64,000 nucleotides of DNA from an uncultured delta proteobacterium (GCA_963716725.1 CAVQUB010000032.1:224001-288000); one strand, 5' to 3'. Positions 51,609 to 63,999 are shown, counted from the stretch's first letter. Program-made: numbers and translations. Notes: a model not told the origin generated them from the letters alone.

Positions 51609-53141
51609 TCAGGGCTTCTGGACCCAGAGTTCGACGTTCCGGTCCTGGGCCGTGCCCATCCCGGCCTTGCCGCCCCAACCCGAGACGAAGTCGAGGGTGC
51701 CGAGGGTGCGCCCTTCGAGGGCGACGGGATCCCCCATGGCCGAGAAGTCCACGTTGGTGGTGCGCAGCATCAGGTAGCCGTTGTCCTGGTCGAAGATCTC
51801 GACGATGCGGATCTGGTGAGGGAAATCTGCCAGCGCGCTGGTCATCACCTCCCAGAACGCATGACCGCTGGTCGCGCTGACCCACTTGACGCGATTCTCG
51901 TGAGAGTGCCCGACCATGCTGAAGATCACGTTGGGATAGTTGCCGAGCAGATCGACCCAGGCTTGCTCCGTCACCGCGTCCGCCTGCTGCTTGCCACCGA
52001 GCCCGCTGCCGTCCCCGAGTGAGCTCGTGGCGTGGTGGGAGGCGAGGGCGACCCACTTGCCGTCGGTCTGCGCCTGGTCCAGCGCGGGCTTGATCACCGA
52101 ATCGATGTCGCCCTGGCGCAGCACGCCCTCCGAGCCACCGGTCTCTGCTGCGGTGTCAAGCACCAGAAAACGCAGCGGCGAGTTCTTCGCGTCGAAGGTG
52201 TAGATGGCCTTGCCGCTCTTGGATTGAGTCGGGCCCACACCGTGACCGTCCCCGTCGGCTGCGATGCGCGCCATGATCTGCCCACGCATGAGCGGGAGGC
52301 GAGCCTCGTCCGCCACGATCTCGCCCGTGATCGTCGGACCGCCGGGCTGCGACCAGTCGCGAGTGCCGCCGGGCGAGTCCGAACCGATCGCCTCGGCCTG
52401 TTTGGCGGCGGTAACGGGGAAATTGCCCTGCACCAGGATGTCGTGGTTGCCGGTGACCCAATACCAAGGCATCGCGAGCCCCGGAGCGAGCATCGGATCC
52501 TTCCCGTCGTTCCTGGGTCCCTGGCGGGGATCGTCGTTCTTACCCGAGTCGCACTCGACCGTGTCTCTGCCGCTGAGTAGGCCCAGCACCCAGTCGAGCT
52601 CGTTGTCTTGCGCGCTGTCGGCATTGTCGCCCCCGAGCAGCAGGAAGTCGATGGGGTCGGTCTCGTGCAGCTCGTTCACGCTCTTCACCGCCGCGTTGAC
52701 CATGTGACAGATGTCCACGTCCTGCGGGCGAAAGGCTCCGGCGGTCGCTCCCGGCGTGTCGAAGTTGGCGAGTCGGGTCGGTGATTCGTCGTCGGCGAGC
52801 TGCAGATCGGGCATGTGCACGAAGCGCGCGACGCGCTTGGCGTTGGCACCGGCTGCCGGCGGTGTCACGCCCGGCGGAGTGCGCGTACCGTGGGCCTCTC
52901 CGGGTCCCTGTACTAGCTTGCCAAAGCCTTCCTTCAACATCTCCGCGCGCAGCGCCGGATCCGAGGGCGCCCGGGGATCTGCGGGATCTTTTGGAGTGAC
53001 CGCCGGGCTGAAGGTGAGTTCGGTCGTCAGGCGAACCGGTTCAACCGGGATGCCCCCGCCCCCGCCGCCGCCATCGTCCGAAGAGCCACAACCCAGCGAC
53101 AAGAGTCCGATCACGCAGCCCAGAGGGAGCCCGAAACGCAT
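51609..53141 (-). CDS. Calcineurin-like metallophosphoesterase lipoprotein
   Basis: Lipobox SLGC; DLQLADDESP, GGDNAD, GNHD, SHH and GHSH. Confidence 0.85.
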   Translation of the reverse strand: MRFGLPLGCVIGLLSLGCGSSDDGGGGGGGIPVEPVRLTTELTFSPAVTPKDPADPRAPSDPALRAEMLKEGFGKLVQGPGEAHGTRTPPGVTPPAAGANAKRVARFVHMPDLQLADDESPTRLANFDTPGATAGAFRPQDVDICHMVNAAVKSVNELHETDPIDFLLLGGDNADSAQDNELDWVLGLLSGRDTVECDSGKNDDPRQGPRNDGKDPMLAPGLAMPWYWVTGNHDILVQGNFPVTAAKQAEAIGSDSPGGTRDWSQPGGPTITGEIVADEARLPLMRGQIMARIAADGDGHGVGPTQSKSGKAIYTFDAKNSPLRFLVLDTAAETGGSEGVLRQGDIDSVIKPALDQAQTDGKWVALASHHATSSLGDGSGLGGKQQADAVTEQAWVDLLGNYPNVIFSMVGHSHENRVKWVSATSGHAFWEVMTSALADFPHQIRIVEIFDQDNGYLMLRTTNVDFSAMGDPVALEGRTLGTLDFVSGWGGKAGMGTAQDRNVELWVQKP

Positions 53142-53195
53142 GCGGCGAGTCTACGCCGCAGATCGGGTTTCGGCGAGGGATCCGTGGCGGGCCGC

Positions 53196-54084
53196 TCAGA
53201 CCGCGACGGCCTCGAGCTCGTCGAGCAACTCGCGGCTCGGCCGCGGCATCGCTCCGCGGTGGCTGGCGACGAAGCTCGCGTAGCGGTTGGCGCGGGCCAA
53301 GAGCTTGGGCAGGGGAGTGCCGCGGCACATCTCGACGGTCAAGGTTGCCGTGAAAGCATCGCCCGCCCCCACGGAGTCGCCGTTGGGCAGCGCTGCGTAG
53401 CCCGGGTGCCGCTCGTGAGATTGCCGCGTGTAGAGCTCGGCGCCCGCCTCCCCGTGAGTGAGGGCGACGACCGCGACGCCCCGGGCGAACAGCGCTGCCC
53501 GGGGATCGGAGGTGCCCAGGGCAGCGGCCACTCGGGTCGCTTCGTTGTCGTTCAGTTTGACGATGCTCGCGTGGTCCAGGGCGAGGCCGAGCGCGCGCTC
53601 CGTCACGTGGGGCGGGCGCAGGTTGAGATCCGCGACGCGAAGGCAGCGCGGTGGCAGGCGCCCGAGGGCCGCCAGGAGGGCTTCGGAGCCGAGCAAGCTG
53701 CGCTGCGCCAGGGTACCGAACACGAATGCATCGGCGTGGTCGAGCTCGCTTTCGAGGGCTGGGTCGAGCGCGATACGGTCCCACGCGGCCTGCGCACCGA
53801 TGGTGAAGCGAGGTTCTCCGTCCACCAGATCCACGTTCACGGTACCTGTCGGATGTTGGTCGTCGACACCGACGAAGCGCACGTCGACGCCATGCCGCGC
53901 GAGCTCGTCGCGTGCCCGTGAGCCGAGCGCGTCGCGCCCGACGCGGCTGACCAGAGATCGCGCGCGCACCCAGGGCTCGAGCGTGAAACGCGACGTTGGC
54001 GGCCGCCCCGCCCATGCGCGGGCCATCCGAGAATACGTCGAAGAGCAGCTCACCCCAAGCGACGATGCGCGGTCGCTGCTTCAC
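53196..54084 (-). CDS. PfkB family carbohydrate kinase (fructokinase-like; indel near 53955)
   Basis: WGELLFD and GGAAANVA in one frame; SRVGRD, DLNLRPP, KLNDNE and DSVGAGDAF in another. Confidence 0.88.
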
Positions 54085-54170
54085 GAGCGCCAGCCTGGCA
54101 TTGGTCTCCGCGAGCTTCAATCGGGCGCTGTTTGCCCGACGCGATGGACCGTGCTTGGCTCCCGCGCCGG

Positions 54171-55409
54171 ATGAGGTCGTTCCCTGCCGCCCTGCTCGCT
54201 CTGCTCGCCGCGACGGGCTGCGGCGCGCCCGAGCCGCCCGGATCCACGGGCGGCACGACCGTCGCGCCAGGACCGTGTGGGCGTGGCATCGGCGTCGTTC
54301 AAACGGACTATCAGTCCACCAACGTGTCGCTGCTCGACTGGGAGGGCCACGTGCTCTCGTCTTCGTTCATCTCGAGCGCGACTGCCGGAGCCAAGCTGAG
54401 TGCCAAGCTTACGGGCGACGTAGCGCTGCCGACTGCGCTGGACGCTGGCAACACCCTGGTCCTGCTCGATCGGTATCCGGCTTCGGTGCTCACTTGGGTG
54501 ACGCTCGAGACCGCGGAGGTCACGGCGCAGCTCAGCGTTCGTTCGGGCTTCGACGCCAATCCTCACGACTATCTTGCCCTGTCGGCCCATCGGGCGCTCG
54601 TCACCAGGTTCAATCGCAATCCGGCGCCAGACGCGCTGCCGCTGGATCGCGGGGACGACGTCTTGGTGCTCGATCTCGACGGACCGACGGCGGTATCCAG
54701 TATCGATCTCTCACCGGCCATGGCCGGCGTCCCGGAGGGGTTCCGCGCGAACCCGCACCGCATGGTGCTGGCCGGCGATCGGGTCGTGGTCACGCTCCTG
54801 GGCAAGACGGCGGACCACAGCGATGCCGTCGCTTCGCGCCTAGCGGTCCTCAATGCGGCCACCCTCGCCGTCGAGCAGGTGTTGGTGCTCGAGGGTCTCT
54901 TCGAGTGCAACGGGATCGCGGTTTCTCCGAACAGCGACCGGGTGGCGGTGTCCTGCTCCGGGCGCTTCGGCGGCGGTTCCGAGCCCAAGGTGAGCGAGTC
55001 GGCAATAGCGGTGGTGGCCATCGGCTCGACCGTGGAAGAGATCGCGCGAGTGCCGGCTTCGCCTGGCGCGCCCTTTGGGTTTGGTGTGGCGTGGGCAGCG
55101 TCGGACACCGTCATCGCCAACACCTTCGGCCGATTCTCGTCGAAGGGCGGGCCAGCCCGGACCGACACGGTCGTGGAGATTGAGCTCGGTGGCATGACCG
55201 CTCGCACGCTGCTCGAGTCGGCGGACGAGCCGTTCACGCTGGGCGACGTCCGCTGCGGCGCGGCCTGCTCGACGTGTTTCGCCAGCGACGCGGAGCGGGG
55301 GCTCGTGCACCGCTTCTCGGTCGATGCCAGCGGTCGAGTGGGCCCGCCGAGCCCCATCCAAGTGAACGATGCCATCGGCTTGCCGCCGCGAACCCTGGGT
55401 CAATTCTGA
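54171..55409 (+). CDS. Hypothetical beta-propeller-like lipoprotein
   Basis: Lipobox AATGC; TDYQS, NPHD and repeated beta-strand blocks. Confidence 0.65.
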   Translation: MRSFPAALLALLAATGCGAPEPPGSTGGTTVAPGPCGRGIGVVQTDYQSTNVSLLDWEGHVLSSSFISSATAGAKLSAKLTGDVALPTALDAGNTLVLLDRYPASVLTWVTLETAEVTAQLSVRSGFDANPHDYLALSAHRALVTRFNRNPAPDALPLDRGDDVLVLDLDGPTAVSSIDLSPAMAGVPEGFRANPHRMVLAGDRVVVTLLGKTADHSDAVASRLAVLNAATLAVEQVLVLEGLFECNGIAVSPNSDRVAVSCSGRFGGGSEPKVSESAIAVVAIGSTVEEIARVPASPGAPFGFGVAWAASDTVIANTFGRFSSKGGPARTDTVVEIELGGMTARTLLESADEPFTLGDVRCGAACSTCFASDAERGLVHRFSVDASGRVGPPSPIQVNDAIGLPPRTLGQF

Positions 55410-55789
55410 TGCTCTTCGACGTTCTCGCCCTGATGCTGGGCATCTGGCTGACGATTCGGAAACTCGACGTCCGGCGGCGTGAGGCGAGCGATCATCCGGG
55501 CGTCGACGCCGGCGAGTTCGCCCGCTGGAAGGCGCTAGCGCTCGGGGCCTACAACCTGGGCAGCATCGGTTGCTTCGGGAAACTGGGTCTGGACTACCTG
55601 CTCCAGCTCGGGGGCCCGCGGGTCGGGGTGCCCTGGGCGGCGATCCGAGTGCTCGGCCTCGGGCTCTTCGTTGCCTGGATCGCGGTCTTGATCGCGACCT
55701 GGGTCCAGGCGAGCCGAGCCAAGAAAGTGCAGGAAAAGCTGGGCCTCCAGTTCCTGCCCCGGGCAGCTGCCGAGAGCGAAGAGCGCTGA
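55409..55789 (+). CDS. Hypothetical membrane protein
   Basis: TGATG coupling with the upstream gene; hydrophobic segments. Confidence 0.65.
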   Translation: MLFDVLALMLGIWLTIRKLDVRRREASDHPGVDAGEFARWKALALGAYNLGSIGCFGKLGLDYLLQLGGPRVGVPWAAIRVLGLGLFVAWIAVLIATWVQASRAKKVQEKLGLQFLPRAAAESEER

Positions 55790-55830
55790 GAGGAAGGACT
55801 TCCCGGGCGGTGGCGTAAAGAGGGGCGTCC

Positions 55831-56019
55831 ATGACTGAGCGCGAGCGCCTCTCCACCACGCTGGGCATCCTGCTGGCGGGTCTGCTGCAGGCAGAGGAAG
55901 ACGAGGCCGCGTCCGAGCGCCGCCCCCGCCTCCGCTGCGAGAGCGGCGTGTACCGGGTCGGTGAGGACGGACTCGGTCCCGAGGGCCCGGCCTTCGAGCC
56001 CGCCGGTCCTGAGTGCTGA
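55831..56019 (+). CDS. Small hypothetical protein
   Basis: 62-aa ORF with GAGG upstream and an ESGVYRV motif. Confidence 0.45.
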   Translation: MTERERLSTTLGILLAGLLQAEEDEAASERRPRLRCESGVYRVGEDGLGPEGPAFEPAGPEC

Positions 56020-56022
56020 AGT

Positions 56023-57208
<1,186 letters not shown>

Positions 57209-57222
57209 GCTGAGTCTCCCGT

Positions 57223-58407
57223 TCAGAATCGGAGCACGACCTTGGGGAAGGTCTTGATGCGCTCCTCGAAGGAGTTCATCTCGTACTTCTCGAAGTCGAC
57301 GATGGGACCGTCGCCCCGGTTGAGGATCACCTCGTAGACTAGGTCGTGAATGTTCGGGTCCCTAGACTCGAGCAGGTGGCGCGTGATGTGCCAGGTCTCC
57401 CAGATCCGGCGTCCGATCACGCTGTGAAGCGCGATGCCGTCGACGATCAGGCGGTCGAAGCTCTCGATCACCGCGTCGCCGCTCTTGAGGCCGAACAGGA
57501 TCACGTCGCCGCCGCGGCGGGCGCAGTGGATGGCGTTGTTCACGCTGGAGTTGAGCCCGCTCATCTCCAGGGTCACGTCGACGCCGACGCCATCGGTCAG
57601 TCGTCGCACCTCGGAGACCAGTTCCCGGTCGTGGGCGTAGTCGTTCGGTCCGGTATTGCCCGGCGACAGCACGTGGTCCGCTCCGAGTTTCTTGGCCATG
57701 GCGGCGTGCGCCGCCACCGGCTCGATGCCGATGATGGTCTGCGCGCCGAGGGCCCGGGCGATAGCCACCGCGAACAGCCCGATGGTGCCGCAGCCGACGA
57801 TGGCCACGCGCTTGCCGCGCAGGTTCACCTTGGTGCAGGCGTGGACCGCGTTGCCGAAGGGCTCCTGGATGGCCGCGACCTCCGGGCGGATCTTGTTGGT
57901 GTCCGTGCGCCAGATGACCTGCGCCGGCAGCTTCACGTACTCGGCGAAGGCTCCGTCGTAGCTGATGCCGATGATCAGGTCGTCGGCACAGACGTGCGCG
58001 TCTCCATTGCGGCACTGGTAGCAGACCCCACAGAAGATGTGGCTCTCGGCCGCTACCATGTCTCCGACCTCGAGGCCGAAGCTGCGCTTGGCGTCGCTGC
58101 CGACCGCGATGATTTCTCCGAACAGCTCGTGGCCGATCACACGCCGGTGTTTGGCGCGCCGGAGCTGTTTGCTCTCGTTGTCGAGGGAACCAACGATCAT
58201 GTCCTTGAAGGCGCGTCGGAACCAGATGCCGCGGTCGCTGCCGCAGAACCCGACGAACTTGGGCTTGATCAGCACCCGCGAGCGATCGTGGTAGTCGCTC
58301 TTCTCGTCCAGCGTCACCTTGGGGATATCGGCCAGCCGCAGGCCGCGGCTGTCGTCCCAGGGGTCGTTCTCTCGATCGTAGACCAGGGCACGCATCGACT
58401 CGGTCAT
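57223..58407 (-). CDS. tdh: Zinc-dependent dehydrogenase, L-threonine 3-dehydrogenase-like
   Basis: [37 protein letters not shown] and GRRIWETW; adjacent to kbl. Confidence 0.78.
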   Translation of the reverse strand: MTESMRALVYDRENDPWDDSRGLRLADIPKVTLDEKSDYHDRSRVLIKPKFVGFCGSDRGIWFRRAFKDMIVGSLDNESKQLRRAKHRRVIGHELFGEIIAVGSDAKRSFGLEVGDMVAAESHIFCGVCYQCRNGDAHVCADDLIIGISYDGAFAEYVKLPAQVIWRTDTNKIRPEVAAIQEPFGNAVHACTKVNLRGKRVAIVGCGTIGLFAVAIARALGAQTIIGIEPVAAHAAMAKKLGADHVLSPGNTGPNDYAHDRELVSEVRRLTDGVGVDVTLEMSGLNSSVNNAIHCARRGGDVILFGLKSGDAVIESFDRLIVDGIALHSVIGRRIWETWHITRHLLESRDPNIHDLVYEVILNRGDGPIVDFEKYEMNSFEERIKTFPKVVLRF

Positions 58408-58500
58408 GCGCGGCTTTCATACGACCGCGGCCGTCGGCGGTCGAGGGTCGAGGAGGATTTGTTTAGGGGGGGCCGTGCTGCGAGGGCCGCGCTCCAAAAT

Positions 58501-58536
58501 AGAAACCGCCGCGGCGCGTCAGCGACGGCCGCGGCG
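58501..58536 (-). terminator. Rho-independent terminator downstream of the lepB / SH3-lipoprotein pair
   Basis: CGCCGCGGC/GCCGCGGCG plus CGTC/GACG stem; followed on the minus strand by GTTTCTATTTT. Confidence 0.65.
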
Positions 58537-58551
58537 TGAGGCGTAGCGGGA

Positions 58552-59166
58552 CTACTGCTTCTTGATGATGAAGGGGAACTTCAAGCGGCCGCCCGCGTCG
58601 GGCTTTGCCGGCGGCGCCGCGGCGTCGGGCACCTGGGGCGTTGCCGCGGCGTCGGGCACGGTCACGGCCGCGGCGTCGGGTACGGTCACGGCCGCCGCAT
58701 CCGCGACGGTGGCGACGACACCGGCGTCTTGGTTCTTCACCTTGTCGAGGTCGATCTTCAGCACCTTGTCGTCGAGGTTCTTGGTGACGACCCAACCGGG
58801 CGAGAGCTCGCCGACCCCGCTCGGCCAGTCCACGAGCATCCAGTTGCTGTAGCGAGCCTTGCGGTTGACCAGGGTGCCCTTCGAGAGCGTGGCGATGTGC
58901 GACGTGCTGTCGTCCGCCTCTTTGTAGACCTTCGCGTTCGGGAGCAGCACGGCCACGGTGCCGCTCTCGTCCTTCTCCTTGTCGCCGTAGCGCGTGACCT
59001 CGTCCTTCTTTGGCTCCGCCTTTGGCGGCTCGGCGCTGGCGGTGGGGGTGGGCGCCGGAGGAGGCGGAGCGGGCGGCGGGGGTTCCTCTTTCTTCTTGCA
59101 GGCGAAGAGCGCCCCGATGAGCAGGGCGGCCGAAGCCGTGATCGTCCACTTGTCGTGCATGCGCAT
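58552..59166 (-). CDS. Lipoprotein with an SH3-like domain and DAAA low-complexity repeats
   Basis: Lipobox LFAC, IATLSKGTLV...WMLV..GWV, and V(T/P)DAAA repeats; GGAG upstream. Confidence 0.65.
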   Translation of the reverse strand: MRMHDKWTITASAALLIGALFACKKKEEPPPPAPPPPAPTPTASAEPPKAEPKKDEVTRYGDKEKDESGTVAVLLPNAKVYKEADDSTSHIATLSKGTLVNRKARYSNWMLVDWPSGVGELSPGWVVTKNLDDKVLKIDLDKVKNQDAGVVATVADAAAVTVPDAAAVTVPDAAATPQVPDAAAPPAKPDAGGRLKFPFIIKKQ

Positions 59167-59222
59167 CCGTTTCTCCTCCGTGAAGGGGGGACGGTAGCAA
59201 ACCCGCGCTCCGAGCGTCGAGT

Positions 59223-60539
59223 CTAGTTTTTCGGTGGCGGCGGCGTGGTCTCCGAGACCGGGGGCCGAGAAGCGAGGCATTTCTTGATGCCCTCGACGAG
59301 CGACTGCGGAGCCTCTTTTGGCAGCCGCGGCTGGCCCATGACGTTGACCAGTAGCCGATCCCAGGTGACGCCGCCGTCGGCCCCGAAGCTCATCCACACG
59401 AAGAGCGCGCGGCCCTTGATGTTGGCGAAGGGCACGCCGCCGCCCCGGCCGCCGAACCAAGCTCGCGAGTCGCTCGAATTGTTCCGGTTGTCGCCGAGCA
59501 CCCAGACCTCACCCGGTTGAACCGTGTAGGGGCCCTGCCGACCGTCGAAGCGGTCGTCCTCGAAGAGGGTCAAGTAGCTGTACTCGCCCAAGAACTCGAC
59601 GAACAGGTCGCCGCGCTTTGCGTTGGCCTCGTCGCCTTCGGAGAACTCATAGGCGCCCACGAAGCAACTCGGCACTCGCCAGCCGTTGAGGATCGGGTGT
59701 CCGGCCTCGACGCTGAGCACGTCGCCGGGCAACGCGATGGTGCGCTTGATGAAGTCTTGGCGTGCGTTCGCGGGGTTGGGATCCGGAAACTCGAACACCA
59801 TGACGTCTCCGTATTTGGGAGGCATCCGCGCCAGCACGCGGCTCTTGGTGAACGGGATCGTCGGCCCGTACGAGAACTTGTTGACGAAAATGTGGTCCTG
59901 TATCTGCAGCGTCGGCAGCATGGACCCGCTCGGGATCTTGAAGGCTTCGACCACGAACGCCCGGAGCAGCAGCGCCACACCCACGGCGACTCCGATGGAC
60001 TCGGCGTACTCCCGGAGTTCGCCTTTGCGCCAGCGACCCAGGTGGCGTTCGACCAGCTTCAGTGCCGTCTCGTGAGCGCGTTCGAATGCGTCGGGCTCGA
60101 ATTCTGGAACGTCCATGGCGGCTTTGAGGGCCTCGAGGCTCTCGTCGAGCTTGTCGCGCGCGCTCCGGGGCACGTTTCGTTCGATGGCCTTTGCGTTCTT
60201 CTCCCGGACTCGATCGACCTCGTCGAGCAGGTGCGCCGCGCGCTCGTAGCTGCGTCGCTGTTCTGCCGGCACGTCGCTGCGTCCGCCGAGGCCGACCTGG
60301 GTGGCGAAGGGCAGGTAGTACCGGAAGTGGTAGAGCAACATCTCGTAGAGGGTGAACAGCACGATGCCGGAGGGCACGGGCTGGTCCTGCACGATGAAGC
60401 GCAGCTTGCCGAACCCCGAGGCCGCGAGCTCGCCCGCTCCTGGCTTGAGCGCCCATACCGTCAGCGCGGCGAGGGCCAGGGGGACCAGGACGAACCAGAA
60501 GGCCCAGAACAGCGTGCGCGGGAGCTTGGGGGGTTGCAC
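59223..60539 (-). CDS. lepB: Signal peptidase I with an extended N-terminal region
   Basis: EAFKIPSGSMLPTL, DHIFVNKF, DFIKR and GDNRNNSSDSR. Confidence 0.93.
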   Translation of the reverse strand: MQPPKLPRTLFWAFWFVLVPLALAALTVWALKPGAGELAASGFGKLRFIVQDQPVPSGIVLFTLYEMLLYHFRYYLPFATQVGLGGRSDVPAEQRRSYERAAHLLDEVDRVREKNAKAIERNVPRSARDKLDESLEALKAAMDVPEFEPDAFERAHETALKLVERHLGRWRKGELREYAESIGVAVGVALLLRAFVVEAFKIPSGSMLPTLQIQDHIFVNKFSYGPTIPFTKSRVLARMPPKYGDVMVFEFPDPNPANARQDFIKRTIALPGDVLSVEAGHPILNGWRVPSCFVGAYEFSEGDEANAKRGDLFVEFLGEYSYLTLFEDDRFDGRQGPYTVQPGEVWVLGDNRNNSSDSRAWFGGRGGGVPFANIKGRALFVWMSFGADGGVTWDRLLVNVMGQPRLPKEAPQSLVEGIKKCLASRPPVSETTPPPPKN

Positions 60540-60620
60540 TTTGGGGGCCGAGTCCGGACTTTCTAAATCACCGTGCGAGCATCGGCGACAACTTTCCGCA
60601 TGTGGCCGGACCCCGACCCC

Positions 60621-61697
60621 TCAGGGACGGTCCCCCGACTGGACCACGTAGTCGATCTTCGCCGCGCGATCGTCACCGACCTGGGCCGGCGGCGCCGTTC
60701 GTCCAACCTGGTTCGAGTGGTCGATGACGAGATAGTAGACGCCCTTGGGGGCCGGGACGAAGCGCTTCCAGATCTGCCCCATCGTCAGCGCTTCGTCGAG
60801 CAGCGGCTGCTGGGGCAGGCTCGCCGCGCCAGCGTTCTTCACGTACTGCTCGAGCATCTGGTCCCCCAAGAACTTGGGTACCAGGAAGGCATCGACGCCC
60901 GGCGCGCCGTCGATGCTGGCGGTGAAGTACAGCGCCTGATCGCTGTCCGTGAGTTCGAAGCCCCCGATGAAGTCCATCTGCCCGGTGTGGACTTCCGTGC
61001 GGTCGTTCACCAGCGTGACCTTGTCTTCGCTGTCCACGACGAAGGGCTTGAAGGGCCGTCGCCCCTTGGGCACGTAGCCCAAGGCGAAGTCGGTTTCGCC
61101 TTTGTCGTTGTACCGGATGACCGTGAAGCCGCGCTGCAATTGCCCGTCGACGATCTGCTTGCCAATCTGGTCGGGGTTCACGTTGAGCATCCCCATGCCG
61201 CCTCGCGCGACGCCGCTCTCGACCATCAAGGTGGTGAAGCTCGTCGAGTCGATCTTCCGCGGGCGGAAGTAGATGTACATCGACCCGTCGTCGTGGAGTT
61301 GAAAGTCCGGCGCGAACTCCGCGAGGCCGGCGGCAGTGAACCCGATGCGGCCCGTGAGGTTCGTCCAGCCGTAGCCCTTGCCCGTGTATTGAACGATGAT
61401 GCTCTTGCGCCGCTCGTCGTCCAAGACGGTCTGGCTGCAGGTGTCGGCGAAGAACCGGCCGACCACGGGCTGGTCGTCGGAGAGCTTGAGCGGGGCGCCG
61501 CGGTGAGTCATTTCGAAGCAGAAGCGGTCGAGGCCAAACTTGAGGATATCGAAGCGGAGCGACTTGTTCTTGGGGTTGTTGATCACCCCCGGGCCCAGCA
61601 CGGACATGGACGCCACGCCGAGGGTTTCTTTGCTTGGGCACCCGGAGGTGCCCAAGAGGGCGATTGCAACGAGAATCAAGAGCCAGGCGCGGCGCAT
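60621..61697 (-). CDS. Hypothetical lipoprotein
   Basis: Lipobox TSGC; long clean ORF with coding-like codon use. Confidence 0.75.
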   Translation of the reverse strand: MRRAWLLILVAIALLGTSGCPSKETLGVASMSVLGPGVINNPKNKSLRFDILKFGLDRFCFEMTHRGAPLKLSDDQPVVGRFFADTCSQTVLDDERRKSIIVQYTGKGYGWTNLTGRIGFTAAGLAEFAPDFQLHDDGSMYIYFRPRKIDSTSFTTLMVESGVARGGMGMLNVNPDQIGKQIVDGQLQRGFTVIRYNDKGETDFALGYVPKGRRPFKPFVVDSEDKVTLVNDRTEVHTGQMDFIGGFELTDSDQALYFTASIDGAPGVDAFLVPKFLGDQMLEQYVKNAGAASLPQQPLLDEALTMGQIWKRFVPAPKGVYYLVIDHSNQVGRTAPPAQVGDDRAAKIDYVVQSGDRP

Positions 61698-61714
61698 GGC
61701 GGGAGCATACTAGA

Positions 61715-62740
61715 ATGGCGCACGTCATGGCTAAGTCCAACCACGTCGCCGTCATCGGGGCCGGAGCCTGGGGCACCGCGCTCTCCCTGCTCGCTGCCCA
61801 GAAGGGCGAGCGCGTCACCCTGTGGACGTGGCAGCGCGAGCATTGTGACGCCATGATTCGGGATCGGGAGAACCGCGCCTTCTTCCCCGGATTCCCTTTG
61901 TCGCCAGGCGTCGAGGTCACCTCGGACCTCTCCGCGGCGCTCGGAGGCGCGAGCCTCGTCGTGCTCGTCGTTCCTTCGGACGCATTCCGAGACACGCTCT
62001 TGCGAATGCGAGGAGACCTGCCGCCGGACGTGCCGTTGGTCAGTGCGACCAAGGGGATCGAAAACGACAGCCTGATGCTGATGAGCGAGATCATCGTCGA
62101 CGTGCTCGGGCCCGCCGCTCGGGCCCGCTCGACCTTCCTATCCGGACCCAGCTTTGCGAAAGAGGTGGCCGAAGGCAGTCCGACGAACGTCGTGGTGGCG
62201 GGCTTCGATCACGATTTGTCGATTCGGGTTCAACAGCGCCTCGCGACGGATCGCTTTCGGGTCTATTCCAGCGATGACCCCGTCGGCGTCGAAGTCGGAG
62301 GCGCGCTCAAGAACGTCATCGCCATCGCGGCGGGTGCCTGCGACGGACTGGGTTTTGGGCACAACACGCGGGCCGCGCTGATCACGCGGGGTCTGGCCGA
62401 GATCGCGCGCATCGCCATCGCGAAGGGCGGAGACGTCCTGACGCTGGCCGGACTCGCCGGAATGGGCGATCTCGTGCTGACCTGCACCGGGGAACTGAGC
62501 CGGAACCGCACCGTCGGCTTCGAGATGGGTCGCGGCCGCGGCCTCGAGCAGGTGCTTGCCGGCCTCGGTCACGTGGCCGAAGGAGTCAAGACCGCCAAGA
62601 GTGCCTACCAACTCGGCCTGGCGCTCGACGTCGAGTTGCCCATCTGCAACGAGGTGTATCGGGTGCTCTACGAGGGCAAGGACCCGCTTTCGGCGGTGCG
62701 CGACGTGCTGACCCGGCCCCTCAAGCGCGAGTGGGGCTGA
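61715..62740 (+). CDS. gpsA: NAD(P)H-dependent glycerol-3-phosphate dehydrogenase
   Basis: [38 protein letters not shown] and [15 protein letters not shown]. Confidence 0.96.
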   Translation: MAHVMAKSNHVAVIGAGAWGTALSLLAAQKGERVTLWTWQREHCDAMIRDRENRAFFPGFPLSPGVEVTSDLSAALGGASLVVLVVPSDAFRDTLLRMRGDLPPDVPLVSATKGIENDSLMLMSEIIVDVLGPAARARSTFLSGPSFAKEVAEGSPTNVVVAGFDHDLSIRVQQRLATDRFRVYSSDDPVGVEVGGALKNVIAIAAGACDGLGFGHNTRAALITRGLAEIARIAIAKGGDVLTLAGLAGMGDLVLTCTGELSRNRTVGFEMGRGRGLEQVLAGLGHVAEGVKTAKSAYQLGLALDVELPICNEVYRVLYEGKDPLSAVRDVLTRPLKREWG

Positions 62741-62817
62741 ATGGACCTCGCCGCTCCCGCGTCGGAGACTTGACCCGGCAGCGTCCGTCGGATGACCTTC
62801 CACCCGTGAGTGCGCAG

Positions 62818-63999
62818 ATGAAGCTCGCAGCGTTCGCCGCCCTCCTGACCTCGGGGCTCCTCGCGTCGAGCGCCGGCGCGCAGTACCCGCAACAGCCGCC
62901 CGGCTACGGACAGCCGCCCGGCTACGGACAGCAGCCCGGCTACGGACAGCAGCCCGGCTACGGACAGCAGCCCGGCTACGGACAGCAGCCCGGCTACGGA
63001 CAGCAGCCCGGCTACGGACAGCCGCCCGGCTACGGACAGCCGCCCGGCTACGGACAGCCGCCCGGCTACGGACAGCCGGGCTACGGACAGCCGGGTCAGT
63101 CGCCCGGGCCGGCGCAGCGCTCGAACAAACGCTCCGACGTCGAGATCGGCCTGCTCTACACCACCGCCGCGCTGTACGGAGTCGGCACCGGCGCCTGGCT
63201 CTCGATGGAGCTCGGACTCGATGACCCTGGCATCTTCCTCATCCCGCCCGCGCTGCTCGGAGTAGCGGCCCCGGTGGGCGTGTACTTCTTGGACGATCCC
63301 GAGATGGATCGCGGGATGCCCGCGGCGATAGCCTCGGGCATGGTCATTGGCGCGGGCGAGGGCATCGGGATCTGGAGCTACCAGTTCGTGACCACCAACG
63401 AGGACGAGGCTTGGGGCTTCAAGGGTCTCACACGTGCGACCACCCTCGGAGCGACGCTGGGCGGCGTTGCAGGGTTTGCCACCGGGTACTACCTCGAGCC
63501 CTCACCGAAGAGTTCGCTGCTCACCTCGAGCGCGGTCGTCTGGGGAGCTGCCATCGGGACCATGTTTGGCTACGGAGGCTCCGACGGCGACGCCGAGTGG
63601 GGGACCGCCAACGACAGCGCATCGCTGGGGGGGCTCATTGGCTACAACCTCTTGCTGGCGGCTGGAGCGGCCGCCAGCGCCGTCTACATTCCGAGCTACG
63701 AACAGGTCGGGTGGATGTGGGCTGGCGCTGGCGTCGGCGTCGCGGCGTCGCTGCCTGTGTTCTTGTTCTACGCGGGCGACGACTCGCCGCCGGCCAAGCG
63801 AGGCTTCCTGTTCATGGGAACCGCGACAACTCTCGGTATCGCCGCTGGCGCCATCTTTGCGTCGGGTGAGCTCGACGAGTACGAAATCGGAAGGCGTGAC
63901 GACGCCCCGCTCGGCAACCGCTTTGCCAGCATCACCAGCGTGGGCCCGATGGCGATTCCCGGGGGCATGGGCGTGTCCGTGGGCGGTCTCCTGTACTGA
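62818..63999 (+). CDS. Exported/membrane hypothetical protein with N-terminal Q(P/Q)PGYG repeats and a Gly-zipper TM body
   Basis: Signal peptide, repeat tract, multiple Gly-rich hydrophobic helices; stop at 63997-63999. Confidence 0.75.
   Translation: MKLAAFAALLTSGLLASSAGAQYPQQPPGYGQPPGYGQQPGYGQQPGYGQQPGYGQQPGYGQQPGYGQPPGYGQPPGYGQPPGYGQPGYGQPGQSPGPAQRSNKRSDVEIGLLYTTAALYGVGTGAWLSMELGLDDPGIFLIPPALLGVAAPVGVYFLDDPEMDRGMPAAIASGMVIGAGEGIGIWSYQFVTTNEDEAWGFKGLTRATTLGATLGGVAGFATGYYLEPSPKSSLLTSSAVVWGAAIGTMFGYGGSDGDAEWGTANDSASLGGLIGYNLLLAAGAAASAVYIPSYEQVGWMWAGAGVGVAASLPVFLFYAGDDSPPAKRGFLFMGTATTLGIAAGAIFASGELDEYEIGRRDDAPLGNRFASITSVGPMAIPGGMGVSVGGLLY
62893..63087 (+). repeat. In-frame 18-bp tandem repeat, CAG(C/A variant)CCCGGCTACGGA type: 10 full units plus one 15-bp unit
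   Basis: cagccgcccggctacgga / cagcagcccggctacgga units read directly from the sequence. Confidence 0.95.

Noticed and set aside
49764..53141. Genomic island integrated at selC
   Set aside because: No integrase, no duplicated tRNA 3' end noticed, and no visible compositional shift in the window.
62893..63087. Possible CRISPR array
   Set aside because: Contiguous in-frame 18-bp units with no spacers and no cas genes.
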